A stretch of 64,000 nucleotides of DNA, taken from positions 59,458,001 through 59,522,000 of the forward strand of contig NC_043005.1 in NCBI RefSeq assembly GCF_006345805.1. The letters run 5' to 3'. Source of the stretch: Octopus sinensis (taxonomy: Eukaryota). Below are positions 41,724-57,035 of the stretch, piece by piece. Numbering within the stretch: the stretch's first letter is position 1; every line of letters starts with the position of its first letter. Made by a program: the position numbers and the translations under genes. The notes beneath the pieces are model-generated. The model was not told the origin of the DNA. It did not search any database and saw only the letters and a list, made by a program, of their open reading frames with translations.

Positions 41724-43133
41724 AATGTGCATGTGTCTGTGTGTGTGCCTTTTCATGCCTCTGTGTGTCTATATAAATATGTAAAGGTGTGTATATATAC
41801 ATTTAAATATACAGACATGTGTGCATATACATATACATATGTAGGATGCATATAATATAATATATCTATCTATCTATCTGTCTATTTCTGCAGCATAACA
41901 TGACAACCCCATAACCTGCGAGCAGTTCTATTTCTACAATTTCTAATTGATGTCTAAGTGTATCTTGGAGGTGTAATTCAACCACCTCACAACAATCAAA
42001 TGCTGCATAGATGCAAATGCCGATATGAAATTGGTCAATGTAATTTTGCTGCTGACAACCAGTGGTTTTCTAACCTGCATAACTCACTTGGCATCATTAA
42101 CACTGATAGTATGTTTCTATTTCCAAATTCTAATGCATTCAGAAGAAAGCGTAGAATTCTTCAAACATGATTACACGTATTATCATTCTTAATGCTATAA
42201 ATTTAGGTACCTTGAAAATTGTTGCCATTCCAATGTCATGAGTTACTCATTTTTTTTCCATTTTTTTTCGCCTTCTGATCATTGATGTCGTTTACTTCAC
42301 AGGATTTATCAGCCTTTACTTGTTATTTCCTAGAAAATGTTCTTTTTGGTGTTTCAGAGGGAAACGTGTTTTTTTTTTCCAGTTAAGCATGAATTTCTTT
42401 GAATTTGTGTAGCTTCAGCTAAGATATGTTTAACCACAGTGATAAGTTTATCGTATACGTTTGTATATGTCGCTGTATACATCTGAATACATAGATTAAA
42501 CAGTACCAGCAAACATATAAAACATATGAAACTCAAACACTCTCTCTCACACACACATACATGAACATACACCGGTACTCACAAATGAATATCTAATATC
42601 TACAGGTTTAGCAACAAGAATAAATGCATAGTGATAAAACAAATATAGCAATGCAAGGGGAAAACAAGACCTATAACTCAAATACATGGTGAAATACATA
42701 TATCCACTTTAGTTATGATATTCATAATGTTACGATAGATAGAGAAATATACTTGAAGTTTCACAGAAGGACACATCTATCACTGTTAATAAACACTGAA
42801 GGAATATTCCACTGATTTCTAATGTTGACTTAACTTTTGCTTACATTACTTTCATTCTAATACACACATATATACACAGGCACACATATGTGGCACACTG
42901 CATTTTACCAGAATGTTTTTATTCAGAGTGTCCATTTAAACTTTCCATTCCTTATCCTTGTCTGAAACCGCATTAAGAAACCAGAGGCAGGCTAGATAAT
43001 ATCCGAATAAAGATAAAATAGATAAAACTAAATGCCAATAATGTCTCTCAAAATATCAATGTTTGTTTTTATTTTTTGTGACACATATATATGTGTGTAT
43101 CACACGTACATATATATGAGTATGTGAGTATGC

Positions 43134-43180
<47 letters not shown>

Positions 43181-43288
43181 AGTGTGTGTGTGTGTGTACG
43201 CTCCTTAATGTCAAACGGATGAGAAAGAGTGCTCTATACATGGTAGGGAGGACTATTTGGGTTTAAACTGAAACTGAAATTTTATCTT

Positions 43289-43340
<52 letters not shown>

Positions 43341-46300
43341 GGAGACACACACACACACACACCACATACACACTAACACACATACATATTAGGACACTGG
43401 TAAGAATTTTACGTTTGAAAATGTTAGTGACATTCAAAAATGTTTACGTTCCTGTGTTATGGGACACTATGCTTTATGGGAAAACATAACTGCGGCTTGT
43501 TGTGTATTGAAATCATAAAATCATGATATGTTTATGCAAACTGTGTGGATTGGTTGTAAATTCATGAAACATTTATTCATAACAGCAGTTGATTTCAGAC
43601 AAGGCTATTGTTTCACTAAACCGTTTTGAATGTAATTATAGAAAACGTGATTTTGAAATACCTTGAATTCTGTGCACTAAACATTAGCATAAGGCGTAGG
43701 GATGTCAGTAATTTCCATGTTGCAGATGTTATTTATTTAGTAGTAATTGTGTACAACTTAGATATTCGACAAGACTTCTTGATATATAACCAGAAAGATT
43801 TGGAGAAGAAATAAAATCTGAATAAACAATATAAGGATAACTGTTAAAACTAAAACAATGCCGCAAATCTTACTGAAATATCAAGGAAAAACGCTCAGAT
43901 AAGTTGGTGCAAGTAATTATTTCGGAAAAAGAAAAACAAAAAAAGAAAGAAATCTATAGAGTAAGATGTGAAAAAATACAATAAATGAAATACTGTACAG
44001 TAGAAACCATAAAAGCTTAAGCAAAACTTGATCTTTTATAAACGAGAAAATTGTAACAAAAACAGAAATTTCTAAAGAGCAATAACTTCAACTGCTATCT
44101 AACTGTGTAAATCATGAACGTATGATGTCGAAAGTAAGAAAAAGAACATGACTTTTCAAACAAAGTGTTACAGACATGTATTTTGCATTCCAAATGCAAT
44201 ACTTTGCACTAATGGAATTGTTAGGAAAGAAATTGCTGCGAAAACTACGAAAGATGAAATTGTTTTCTCCATTGTTAAAAGGTGGACGATGCAAAGGGTA
44301 ACTATGACAACTTCTATCCAGTGAATAAACTCAAGGAGACAGAAACCCTCAGTTGAAATAGTAATATCAGAAAGGTAATAAGGGTGAGAGTGTAACTTCA
44401 AGGAAGAGAAAGAATACATGGCGGGGTAAATCATGACATTATCTGACGAGTTAGAAAAATGGAAGAACAAGGTTTATGACTCTTGCTTGCTGGGCACCTA
44501 TGGATTCCCCGTGTTGAAGATTGCGACTTGCGTATATATGTATGTATATACATATATTTCTACATATATACATATATCAATAATAATAGATGGTAAAATT
44601 AATTAATCAATTTATAATTAATAATCTTACCAAGTAGTTCGGTATTTTAAAAGAACTATTATCGGTAAACTTATACAAAAATTATTATAATTATAAAAAT
44701 AATTACAATTAGGGTTTCTCTTTCCCTGTGTGAGTTGAGGGTATTGCTGTCTGGGAGATAATATCTTATGGTAGTAGAATAGTATTTAACTGCTATTTCT
44801 AAATTTCAGTATGTGGTGAAGCAATTTTGTTAAACCCTAATTATAATTATGTTTATAATTATAATAATTTATATATATATATATATATATGATCCAATGA
44901 AAAGAAGACGACAAAGCTAATTCTTACAAAAGACAAAGCTAATTCAAAAGACAAAATTAATTCAAACACATCTTAAATTATAAGTTACACACGTTTCCAT
45001 ACTATCTCCATTTGATCGTCAGTTTACGCAGAAAGTCTAAAAGAGAAATTACGTAATTTATGCGTCTTACATTTTGCATCTATCAAACTTTACATATATA
45101 TGCGTGTGTGTGTGTGTTTGTGGGTATATGTGTGTATGTGTATCTATATATCTGTGAGTTGTGTGTGTGTCTAATAATTTAAATAAATGTCGGAGTTTGT
45201 GATACGTTTAATTTTCAGAATTATCAATTGTCAAATAATTAATGATATATCACCAATATTGCAATATATACTTAATTCATTCAACCATCAGTTGCTTTGT
45301 AACATATATTTTCTCATATTCTTCATATGAAACTCGCATGTTACTCATTTCATAGAGTGGCAGTGACATCCAAGATGGCGTTCTTTTGTATGTAGTCTGT
45401 TGTTTTCATAATCTATACCATCAAGCCAAAATTCAAAATTGATGCAATCGCCTGATACCCCTCCCACAAAAAAAGAAAACTGGCCTTGTGTCTAAATGAA
45501 TAACAAACCATTAATTATTCTTTCAATTTCTGAATCTGTGCTTTGTTATGCCATATAATTTATATTTCAATGGGTGCTCAACACGAACGCAAGCGATACT
45601 TGATTTTAACTTGTAAATACAGAAAGGGAATTTAAGCCATTATGATGCATCTTGTCCAATGGCATGCTTCCTTGTAACTACCAAAATATAAGATAAACAA
45701 CTCTTTAGGTGGTTCATTTTGTCTCCCCTCAATAATAATTATTGTAATCAAATGAAATGTTTTCCCCTATATGTTTAAGAACACAATTTCAACTATATAT
45801 TTCTACAAATGTCGAAGAATATTTTCACAAGAAAATAAATATCTGAAGCACAATTCAATTACCATTCTCAGAAAATTAAGAAAAGTTTTCCTCGATAAGA
45901 AGATAAAATGTAAATACTTGTATATTAATAATAAATCAGTTACAACCTATAACAATATTTATTCGTGATGGTATAAACAGTGTAGGATGTTTCTGACAAT
46001 AAATTCAAAGGTAGCTATGATGGTACAAAGATTTTTCTATTCATTATGACTCCGTACACTTTTGTTCTATGACTTTGGAATTCCTGCAGCAGTTTTGGAA
46101 ATGAATTATTAAAAAAAAATTCTCTACTAGGTTGGATATTGGAAGACATGCAATTACTATATAAAGAGGAGGATAATATGCCAAAGAATTCAATGTTTAG
46201 AATTCTCTTTTGTCAAATGATTTATTCAGTTGCATGACTTAGATTTATCTTTATTCTAACTGCGCTCTTGGATGAGAAAACATTGAAAACAATCGCGAAA

Positions 46301-46430
46301 AATAAGAGAAACCCCTAGAGAAAATATCAGTAAACAGATATCAAGTATAGAAATAATTCTTTTCATGTCAAATGAAACAAAGAACATACTTCTATAGATT
46401 TTAGCTTGGGATTATCTCCAGATAGATATT

Positions 46431-46519
<89 letters not shown>

Positions 46520-48509
46520 CACATATATACATACACACACACACAAACATATATATACATATACATATATATACATACACACACACACACACAAACATAT
46601 ATATATATATATGTACACAAACACATGCATGTGTACACACAAACATAACGATTTATGTATATATATATCAGTATGCATGTATTGTATGTATGCATGTATG
46701 TATGATGTATACGTGTGTGTGTGCGCGCGTGCATCTTTGTATGTATGTACGTATGTACGCATGCATGTATGCATGTATTTAAATATACAAAAACGTGCAG
46801 ATATAATCGTACTTATATGTAAATACTATACACACTCATACATGTGTATGTTTTACATATTCGCATGCACATACATACACACACATGTATATGTTTATGT
46901 GTATGTGTGTATATATATATATGTATATATACGTGATTGTATATGTTTATGCATATGTGCAAATAAAAATACTAACTTGCACCCATATGCACACATACGC
47001 ACACGCACACGAACATGTACACACACAGAGAAACACACACGAACATGCACACACACATACACAGTAATATATATCAACTGGAGCAGAAGTAAACTGGCTT
47101 AGTTGTTATTGTATTTTACAAGCTGAATGAATCTCTGCGCTTGTATAAATTTATTTTATTTTGTTAGTTTATTTGTATTTTAATGTGTAACTCTAACATG
47201 CAGTTGTCAGTACTTTGGAATCCCATTGTTTCATATCAAAATCTCCGTGATTTTCTACAAATTAATGAGCCGCAAAATGTAGTTATCCTTGCCTTGCTCC
47301 TTGAGCTACTTGATGGTGTAATATAGGCATCATTGCGATAAGACAGTCTTCGTCAAAATTTGAGGCTTAGCATAGACCACTCTTCTCTTCCCGTATGTGA
47401 TCACAATTTATCTTTTCCAGGAAAAAAAAACAAGCCCCCCCCTCCTCCCAAAAAAAGATGCACAGAGAGAAAGATGGAAAGAATGTGAAGGCTCGATCAA
47501 CGTATTTATTCACTCCGAAAGGATGCTTGCAATAATTTATCTTGAGGGGATCTGAAATTAGCGAGTAGAACTCTGGGACGTTTATCACAAAATATCTTAG
47601 CTAATGCTCTAATGGTTCTGTCTTCAAAGTCAAGAGAAACTAGGTGCAACGACATCTCTGAAAATATATAATTTAAGTTTTTGAATAATCGTTAATGCAT
47701 AAGATTCTACAAGAAACGTTATTCTTAATTTTGTTACATATAAGGTGGTGCTCCAGCATGGCTGCAGTCAAATGACTGAAGCAAATAAAAGAATAAAAGA
47801 ATAATAACGATTAACAAAAGCAGTACACCGTAGTTTTGTACGATTACTTTTGCATTTATAGAATTATATCAAGCTACAGTAGCATCCACCCTTAGTGGTT
47901 AGTCACATTTATGTGGCAATTATACATCACATTGTCGTGCAGAGATTTATTATTGCTAAAATTATATCATTTTTTAAAAACTTTCCGTGCGAGGCGTAAC
48001 AGAATTTTTATTATTTGATCTCCTGTCAAAAAGTAAAACCTACTAAAAATCATTGTTTTAGTCCATTCTGTAAGGCAGCAACATCAATGGGATATCCTGG
48101 AAACCTGTTAGAGTTAAAGGAGTAGGAGTAGGATAGATTGACGATACGATCAACGTTCAATTTGATGTTCTGCTATTACCGTTGTTGTAGTAGTTTTCCC
48201 CTTTCAGCAGTAATGCTAGACCTACGATCAGATGTATTCTAGTCCTGACCAGTGAGCATTTCGCTTCGGGTTATCGTTTATTTACATTGTTTTAGTAAGT
48301 TGGTGTTCCATTTTATTAAGATGACTGGATATGATTTGAGGATGAACTGGCTGCTTTTTCCGGCAGAATGGGCGGAGAAGTAATAAAGAGAGTAAAAAGA
48401 TCAAAAGACTCACGCTATAGTTGGTTCAGAAGTATTTGGGAATATCTTTAGTAGAAATTCTAAGGAAATAGATTCAGGTGTCGATAGTGCGGAGTTCACT
48501 ATTTCAGAA

Positions 48510-48590
48510 GCTTAAAGAATAACTAGCTAAAAGTAGCTAAAAGAGGCTTAAAGAATAACCAGCTAAAACCAGCTAAAAGAGGCTTGGCAT
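48510..48590. repeat. ~36-bp local tandem duplication
   Basis: GCTTAAAGAATAAC(T/C)AGCTAAAA(GT/CC)AGCTAAAAGAG occurs twice. Confidence 0.8.
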
Positions 48591-50209
48591 GAAAGAACCT
48601 GAAAAATGCAGTTTCTCCAAAATGTATTCGGCCAAGAGCGCAGGTGTGAGGTGGGTGCATATTTTACTCTCGCTTACGTGATAATTTAAGTAGGGTATCA
48701 AAATGGATTTTACTCCCACACGTAGAAATATTTAGATTCCCCGCGGAGGAAAGCATGATGCTGCATAAGCGGATGTTTTAAGAATACTGACCAAAGTGCA
48801 TATCTTTTCACCTCTTGCTCTCCTCTCCCTCTCTTACCCGCTTAATATATGTAAGTATGTATTTATGTATGTCTGTATGTATATACATACATACACTTGT
48901 TAATATACAAATGGTGTATGGGTGTGTGTGGGTGTGTGTGTGTGACTCAAGTAGATCATGGAAATAGAACAGTTAATTTAGAGTAAACTTATCTAAACCA
49001 CAGACAGTCAGACATTTAATTATACGTCGAGGAAATGTCAGCTTTATCACGATGATTAATATTTTTATCTAATTGGCAAGCATAGACGACAACTCCAGAT
49101 ATATATAGATGTTCTCGGTAAAGCGGATATCTAACCATACTTGCGAGGCAATCAGTAGTTTGGTGCACAATATTGCACACATGTGTTTTTGCTCAATTTG
49201 CATACAGCAGAGTTTAGTTATTTTGTCATGCTACTGAGATGATTTTGTATTTTTATTACTGTATATGTATTTATAATTCCAAGTAAGTCTGTTCAATTGA
49301 TTAATTATGTGACAATAAAATTAACAGTTATTCTTGCATGTTTCTGCGTAGTCGGTGTAAATAATTTATTTTCTAGAATATATTAAATTTTCGTGGCTAC
49401 TCATAAACATCTGCATCTTAACTTTATCATCACCTTATTTTAGCTCATTTGAAACATCGCAAACTTTTAGAAAATGTCTGTAACAAAAATTCTCAAATAC
49501 TCATTTTAGAAAATGTCTAAAATAAAAGTACTCGAATATGTATACAATAATTCATAATACATTGAATAAAATATCCCTTAGGCCGAAAAACGTGAGCAGA
49601 TGCACATATGCGAATGAAACTGCATACAGCCATCTAGTATATTAAAGTTCCGAGGTATTATGAGCTACTATATATACTTTCATTTACATTTAAGTAGCAT
49701 TTTAAAATGATCTTGCTTTTATTATCACTTCTCCTCTACAGAGTTGTCTTTCCTTCCCCGTGGCAGTTTTATGATACCAGAACATACAGGATATTATCTG
49801 TCATACCGACCAAATTGATACAAAATGCCTTTTCCACATAGCATAATTATATTCCTAATTAGATATTTCAAGTTAATTGCAGTTGTTTAAGAAGCACTTG
49901 CTCATTTCAGTTATTGGAAATTGCCTATTAGAATTTGTTTAAGATATGAGTGTGTGCATGTTAGTGTGCGTGTGTATGTTAGTGTATGTGTCTATGTGTG
50001 CATGAGTGTTTATCTGTGTGCGTGAATGTGTATGTGTGTGTGGGTGTATGTGTGTATGATGTGTGAGTGTGTATGCGTGTGTGAGTAACACTCTATAACC
50101 ACGAAACATACATTACACATCTTCGATATTGTACTGAAACTCGTAGTTCTAGTAATTTTTGTGATATATAATATATCTTTGGTGGTTATTTAACACCTAA
50201 CTGAATTTT

Positions 50210-50251
<42 letters not shown>

Positions 50252-50620
50252 AGAAAGACTAGTTTTAAATCTCTGAGCGAAAAATATGTAGTAACGGTAC
50301 TAGTTGTTTTTCTCTTTACGGATCAGTGGCTGTGTGTGACTTGATAGGTATACACTCGAGTGAAGCGAATCGGCACCATCTCTAAGCAGCGATTGTCCTG
50401 CACCAAAGAAGATAAAATAAACTAGAAACCAGTAATCTGCAGGTATCGCTAACACTGAAGGGGGAGCATTAGCTCCCTTGCTCAAAATATATGGACACAG
50501 ATGCCTTACTGGGGCTAAACAGTAGTGTAATTGTTCTAAGCAGGGCTGTCACTTTACGTTGGCAAATAGACTTTATCATGCACATTTGTATGTCTGCATA
50601 TATGATATTTACGTGTGAAT

Positions 50621-50717
<97 letters not shown>

Positions 50718-50718
<1 letters not shown>

Positions 50719-50932
50719 GGGGAGAATTCACAAAAAAAAACAAAAGACGAATACAGGTGGTATAGACAACAGACAGATGGATTAGTATGACGCTCGGTAC
50801 GTTAAAACGTATTTAACGTTTCGCGCCTACGCTCTTCCACAGAAAGGAACAGAAAAGAAACAAAGAGAGAAAATAAAGAACGTGTAGTGGCTAGCGATCT
50901 ATCATGGTGATATGTATGTATGTATGTATATA

Positions 50933-50967
<35 letters not shown>

Positions 50968-51059
50968 ATGTATGTATGTATGTATATGTATATATGTATA
51001 TATGTATGTGTATATATAGGAGAGTTCACAGGTGGTGTACAAAACAAACAGATGTATTA

Positions 51060-51158
<99 letters not shown>

Positions 51159-51319
51159 ACGGGAAGCTTATGAAAATAAACAAAAGACGAAGGCAGGTGG
51201 AATACAAACAAACAATTGTATTAGTATGGTGCTCAGGAATATAAATAAAACAGAAAAGAAACATGGAAAGAAACAAGGAGAGAAAAAAAGTGCGTGCAGA
51301 AGCTAGCGAATCAACATGG

Positions 51320-51320
<1 letters not shown>
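50718..51320 (-). mobile_element. Cluster of three partial family-D fragments separated by (TA)n/(TATG)n
   Basis: Pieces at ~50718-50905 (hammerhead-like motif 50811-50846), ~51017-51060 and ~51158-51320 share CAAAAGACGAA..CAGGTGG and GTATTAGTA. Confidence 0.6.
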
Positions 51321-51364
<44 letters not shown>

Positions 51365-51366
<2 letters not shown>

Positions 51367-51595
51367 TCTTTATTACCCACAAGGGGCTAAACATAGAGGG
51401 GACAAACAAGGACAGACAAACGAATTAAGTCGATTACATCGACCCCAGTGCGTAGCTGGTACTTAATTTATCGACCCCGAAACGATGAAAGGCAAAGTCG
51501 ACCCCGGTGGAATTTGAACTCAGAACGTAACGGCAGACGAAATACGGCTACGCATTTCGCCCGGCGTGCTAACAGTTCTGCCAGCTCACCGCCTT
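51365..51595 (-). mobile_element. SINE family B, full length
   Basis: Reverse complement of 27114-27342. Confidence 0.85.
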
Positions 51596-51613
51596 GTGTA
51601 TGTGTGTGTGTAA

Positions 51614-51644
<31 letters not shown>

Positions 51645-51664
51645 CGTGATGTGTGTGTACGTGT

Positions 51665-51880
51665 GTTTATGTGTTTAGGATTGTGTGTCTGTGTTTTGTA
51701 GTCCCGCCATCGCTTGACGATCGATGCTGGTGTTCTTACGTCCCCGTAATTTAGCGGTTCTGCAGAAGGGACAATATAAGTACTATACTTACAAAGATTA
51801 AGTTCAGGATCGACTTTACGACTAAAGGCGGAACCCCAGCATGGCCGCTGTAAGATGACTGAAACAAGTAAAATAATTAA
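51665..51880 (+). mobile_element. SINE family A, 3' half
   Basis: GATGCTGGTGTTCTTACGTCCCCGTAATTTAGCGGTTC...CCAGCATGGCCGCTGTAAGATGACTGAAACAAG. Confidence 0.7.
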
Positions 51881-51983
51881 AGACCACACACACACACACA
51901 CATATATATATATGTATATGTATATGTATATATAATATATATATATATTATATATTATATATATATGTGTGTGTGTGTGTGTG

Positions 51984-52018
<35 letters not shown>

Positions 52019-52779
52019 CATAATTGCAGAGATACAGTTTATAGTTAGATAAAGCAAAATGATAATTTGAAATGCAGACAAAAGAAAATATGAAGAAACA
52101 AATTTAAATCAAAATGTTAAAATCAACGTAATTCCAGACTGCTTAATATCTAATGCTTTTCATGAATGCTGAATTATTTTGTACGTTAAATAAGTTGTTA
52201 GAAAACCCCATAGCGTATTCTAGCATTTATGATATTTAAAATTTGTTTATGTTACAGTTTCTGTTCAGAATTTTTAAAAATGTTATTTCAGATTTCTATT
52301 TTGTTTTCAGTCACTATGCTTTATTATATTAACGAGTAACTTTCCCCCCAGGAGCCTAAGAGAATCCTTTGTAATATAAGAAAGCGCAACAACGTCTTGT
52401 TTTGATTTAAGAACGATTGAATCTTCGTAGTCAAATATGAAACATTTCCTGTTTGAATCCGTAGCAACGTAAACATGTATTGAAAATTATTTTTAATACA
52501 GTAATATTACCGCAATAAATATTCTGTATATGATAGTGAACATTAGTATATAAATAATATAATGCAAAAGTTTTCTGTTCACTAATTTTCATTGAGTTTA
52601 TATCTATTCTGTATTCTCTAATATTGGTTTCGAATTTTGGCATAATGCCAGCAAATTCGGGGGATGGGATAAATCCATTACACCGAACCCAGTACACAGT
52701 TGATACATATTTTTTGTGATCGTGTGTGCACTAAACTACACGTGTGCGTATGCTTATATTTCTGTGAATGCTTATATAT

Positions 52780-53193
52780 TTCTTTATTGACCACAAGCGG
52801 CTAAACATAAAGGTAACAAACAAGGACAGACAAAGGAATTAAGTCGATTACATCGACCCCAGTGCGAAACTGGTACTTCATTTATCGACCCCGAAAGAAT
52901 GAAAGGCAAAGTCGACCTCGGCGGAATTTGAACTCAGAACGTAGCAGCAGACGAAATACCTATTTCTTTACTACCCACAAGGGGCTAAACACAGAGAGGA
53001 CAAAGAAGGACAGACATAGGGATTAAGTCGATTACATCGACCCCAGTGCGTAACTGGTACTTATTTAATCGAGCCCGAAAGGATGAAAGGCAAAGTCGAC
53101 CTCGGCGGAATTTGAACTCAGAACGTAGCGGCAGACGAAATACTGCTAAGCATTTCGCCCGGCGCGCTAACGTGTCAGCCTGCTCGCTGCCTT
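52780..53193 (-). mobile_element. SINE family B plus tandem head-less second monomer
   Basis: Full copy 52960-53193 is joined to a second copy 52780-52959 at the same junction as at 27342. Confidence 0.85.
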
Positions 53194-53702
53194 CTGTGGA
53201 TGCATATATGAGCGAGTGTACATACGCCATGCAGCTTGCGCGAGGGCACGCTTATTGTAAATACTTTCCTCGCTGTATTGCTTGTTCGTTTCTTTTTTGC
53301 ATCTGCGATTTTATTTTTGGTCTTCTGAATAAATGAAGATATTTCATTCGTTTTCTTGCTTTTCTTTCTACGAAATGAGAAGATACATTGCGGTACCGTT
53401 ATTTTAACGAGACACATCTGTACCGCTGACTGCTCCTGAACCAGTTGTTAAGTGTCCCACCCGTGAGGGATCGATGGTAGATGTGTCGAAACAAAATAAA
53501 AATTCTCGTGTATTCCATTTTGCGTCTTTCATTTACCATATGTGTGTCTGTGTGTCTGAGAGTCTGTGTCTCTGTACGTAAATTTCTAGACTCAGTATAT
53601 TGAAATGCGTTCTGTTACAGTCGCAGATTAATAATTAAATTTATTATAAGATTTTCTTTGAAAAGAAGTCGTAAAGAATGCATGTCAATTGCCATTTTGC
53701 AG

Positions 53703-53840
53703 ATAACCGATGAAACCGAAGTGCGAAGATACAAACTCGAACTTAAGCAGTGGACGTTGGAGCATGAAAGACAGCAAACTGAGTTCAAAATTACAGAGAA
53801 TAACCTCGACATGTACACTCCCGATCTAGATAATGACGAG
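53703..53840 (+). CDS. CFAP65: CFAP65-like internal coding exon C (46 codons, phase 0-0)
   Basis: ccattttgcAG acceptor, GAG|gtaaga donor. ITDETEVRRYKLELKQWTLEHERQQTEFKITENNLDMYTPDLDNDE resembles recalled human LYSQQLMRQYHKELQEWKDEKVRQEVEFTITD (coiled-coil segment). Lies inside track ORF 53658-53855. Confidence 0.82.
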
Positions 53841-53984
53841 GTAAGAACACTTTAATACTCTAAAAGCAAGAATTTATTTGCCACGCTAGAATTGAACAAT
53901 ATTTACGAATTGAGTAGAGTAGTCCGTAATAGACTTGGAACTGGTGCCTGAAGTAGAATATGTAGGGCAAATATCTAAATGTCC

Positions 53985-54300
53985 TTCAAGTCGATTTTAG
54001 AAAACTTTGTTTCTTTGCTAGAAGGCCCATAAGGGTCGGTTTCCTGGTTTCCTTGGCGTATAGGTTCCTCGCCTGGACGGGACGCCGGTCCGTCGCAGGT
54101 GACCTGCAAGATGCAGGAGGAAAGAACGAGAGAAAGTTGTGGCAAAAGAGTCAGCAGAAGTTCGCTATTACCTACTGCTGGAGTCGCGTGGAGTTTAGGT
54201 GTTTCGCTCATAAACACATACATCGCCCAGTCTGAGATTCGAGCCCGCGATCCCTCGACCGCGAGTCCGCTGCTCTAACCACTAGGCCATGTGCCTCCAC
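53985..54300 (-). mobile_element. Family C-headed SINE with a third 3' module
   Basis: Head GTGGAGGCACATGGCCTAGTGGTTAGAGCAGCGGACTCGCGGTC, spacer, then GCAGGTCACCTGCGACGGACCGGCGTCCCGTCCAGG... Confidence 0.75.
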
Positions 54301-54739
54301 CCCTGGAACCTGTGGATATTCAGATAGCCATAATAGTTAATATTCGGCCTTTTCCATTCCTGTCCTTTTAATTTCTTTGTTTACCTTTCTATATAAATGT
54401 GTAATTTCCATTACTACCACTCCTATTTTCGTAATACAGTATATTTTCGAGTACATATATAACGTACATATTTCGAGTGCATATTGCACAAAGTTATAAA
54501 GTCGTGAAACTAATTCTCAACATCAGTGTGGAATTGTGGAATTATGTAGATGACCAGCCTGAATATGTTTAACGAAAATCCTGATGCGCCAAAAATGTTT
54601 TTATAAGTATTGAAAGTTAATAGTTTTCTGTTTGATCTTAAATAGTTACAATATTTCCACATGTAAATGCTTCACTTTCAACTTACACCTTTCCGTCAAC
54701 TGACAGGTTGATGGATCATGGACAGCTTCATAAGTAAGC

Positions 54740-55030
54740 TTGGCTTAGTGGTTGGCGTATTCGGCTCACCATCGTAGGGTCGCGAGTTCGATTCCTGGCG
54801 GTGCGTTGTATCCTTGACCAAGGCACTATATTTCACGGTGCTCCAGGCCACTCAGCTGGCAAAAATGAGTAGTACCTGCATTTCAAGAGGCCAGCCTTGT
54901 CACACTCTGTGTGACGTTGAATCTCCACGTATACGCGGAGTGTTCAGCTACTTGCACGTTAATTTCACGAGCAAGGTGTTCTCCTGATCGTATTAGCTGG
55001 GACCCTCTTCGTCATAATCGACGCAGTGCT
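54740..55030 (+). mobile_element. CORE-type SINE sharing family C body and tail
   Basis: tRNA head GGCTTAGTGGTT...GAGTTCGATTCC, MIR-CORE-like CCTTGACCAAGGCACTATATTTCAC..CTCAGCTGGCAAAAATGAG, then GTACCTGCATTTCAAGAGGCCAGCCTTGTCAC. Related minus-strand remnants at ~5010-5245 and ~7500-7715. Confidence 0.65.
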
Positions 55031-55882
55031 CCTCTTTCGCTTTGTCTCTCTCACTCTCCTCTCTGTGCGTGTAGTGTATATATATATATATTACGTGACC
55101 GACCAGACCATCAGATGTTGCTACATTGTTTTAGCCACCCCGCTGGCTAAGCGAGCAGGCCAACAGAAGAAAGAGTGAGAGAAAGAGTGGTGAAAGAGTA
55201 CAGCAGGGATATATATATATTACTAAATGTGACTAGGGTGTTAGAACACCTACATTGCTAGAAATAAGAGCTAAAATATTCTAATGCTGTAGTTAAAGCA
55301 CATAATTGCATACATATATACTGACAGAGACTGTAATCACTCGAAAAAACTGGTCGAGAATTTGTTATACTGATCGGTCAATTTAGTTTAGCTTCAAGAC
55401 TGTCTTACCTGTGTGTCTCGTAGTATATTATTATACAGTTTTTGAAGGAAAATATCATTAAAAAGAGATATTTGGAAGATTACAGTTACAAGTCAGAAGT
55501 GTCTCTATATTATTGGAATTACTACGATTGACGAGCTTTTAGTAATTGCGTAAGGATATCTCATTTTAGTTGAATTTTCTTAAACCTTATATTTATGGTT
55601 TGAATTTCGTGGAAAATTTAAAAGGGTTACATCTGAAAACCACAGTCTTCAGCCTTGTATGTTCATACTTTTGATACTGACTATTAATTTATAGCAAATT
55701 ATGTTCCTTGCCTAGGTGGCATTAGAATCGGTAGTTTATTGCATGTTATCTATAAGAAATATCTAAAGCATATAAAATCCAGATGATGTTAATGATGTTA
55801 TTCAGTTAGACTCTACTTAAAATATTACTGGCAGAAACCTATCAAATTTATATGTATTATCCAGCGAGGTTCAACAGTTTCC

Positions 55883-56296
55883 GGATCTGTTCGGTTTGAA
55901 CGGCAGTTTTTACTAGCGGTGCCATATGAAATTGTCACCCATAATTATGACCGTAGTATCGATCAATTCCATTTCAATCTGTTTTAGGGTTAGGGTTAGG
56001 GGTGAGGGAAGGGTATCTTTTTTTCTTCAGAAATGTAAATAAACCCAATCTGTTTCTTAAACGAGGGACATATTCATACGGCACAGAATGTTTTCACCTC
56101 AATAGACGTCATTGATTTGTTGAAATTGCAGAAATTGAAGAAAAAGCAACAAATACCTTACAAACTATAGAATTTTCTTAATAAAGCCAAGAGAAAAAGA
56201 TGTTTTATAAACACATTCTACCAGTATGCGAAGCTTAAAAGTGTTTAGTTACGTGAAAATTATTTTTAAAAACTGCCGTTCAAACCGAAAAGATCC
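55883..56296. mobile_element. 414-bp MITE, 29-bp TIRs, 8-bp TSD (Merlin- or hAT-like)
   Basis: TIRs GGATCTGTTCGGTTTGAACGGCAGTTTTT / AAAAACTGCCGTTCAAACCGAAAAGATCC (1 mismatch). Perfect TSD CAGTTTCC at 55875-55882 and 56297-56304. Internal TTAGGGTTAGGGTTAGGG. Superfamily is inferred. Confidence 0.85.
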
Positions 56297-56924
56297 CAGT
56301 TTCCTTCTATCAAATTCCACTACGTCAAACTGAGACTATAGCCGTATGATATATTTCATAGATGCCGCATGATGTAATCAAACATGGAAATATGAAATTA
56401 TAAAACAAAATACTTTAATACAAAGTATGTTTATTATTGTCAGTTCACCTATTGATCAGAATATTGAATTCCTTCACTGCAAGAAGGCATGACGGGAGTT
56501 TGATAATTACTTTATATTTGAAGAAATCTTCATTGTGAAACGACAACTCGGACAGCAAATACTATTTACGTTGTGTGTGGAAGCAAGAGTTTGGCAAACA
56601 CATATGTCAGTTTACTTTATCTCATTTTTAAAATAATTTTTTATTTTATTTCATAAATGTATATTCTCTCTAATATTGCAATAAAATTATAATGTCAAAA
56701 TACCAAATGTATGTTTGAGCTAGCAATATTATTTTTTTTGAATATCAATATTGATATTTATTCCATTACTATTTCGTATTCATCTGTTAATTTTGGAAAA
56801 ATGACGAAAATGAAACAGAATAATTTTTACAAAATCGACATGAACTTGTGTAAAACGTTTAAATCTTTTATTTTCTATGTATAGGAAAGTAAACATTATC
56901 GTTTTCTACATAAATTTCACTCAA

Positions 56925-57035
<111 letters not shown>

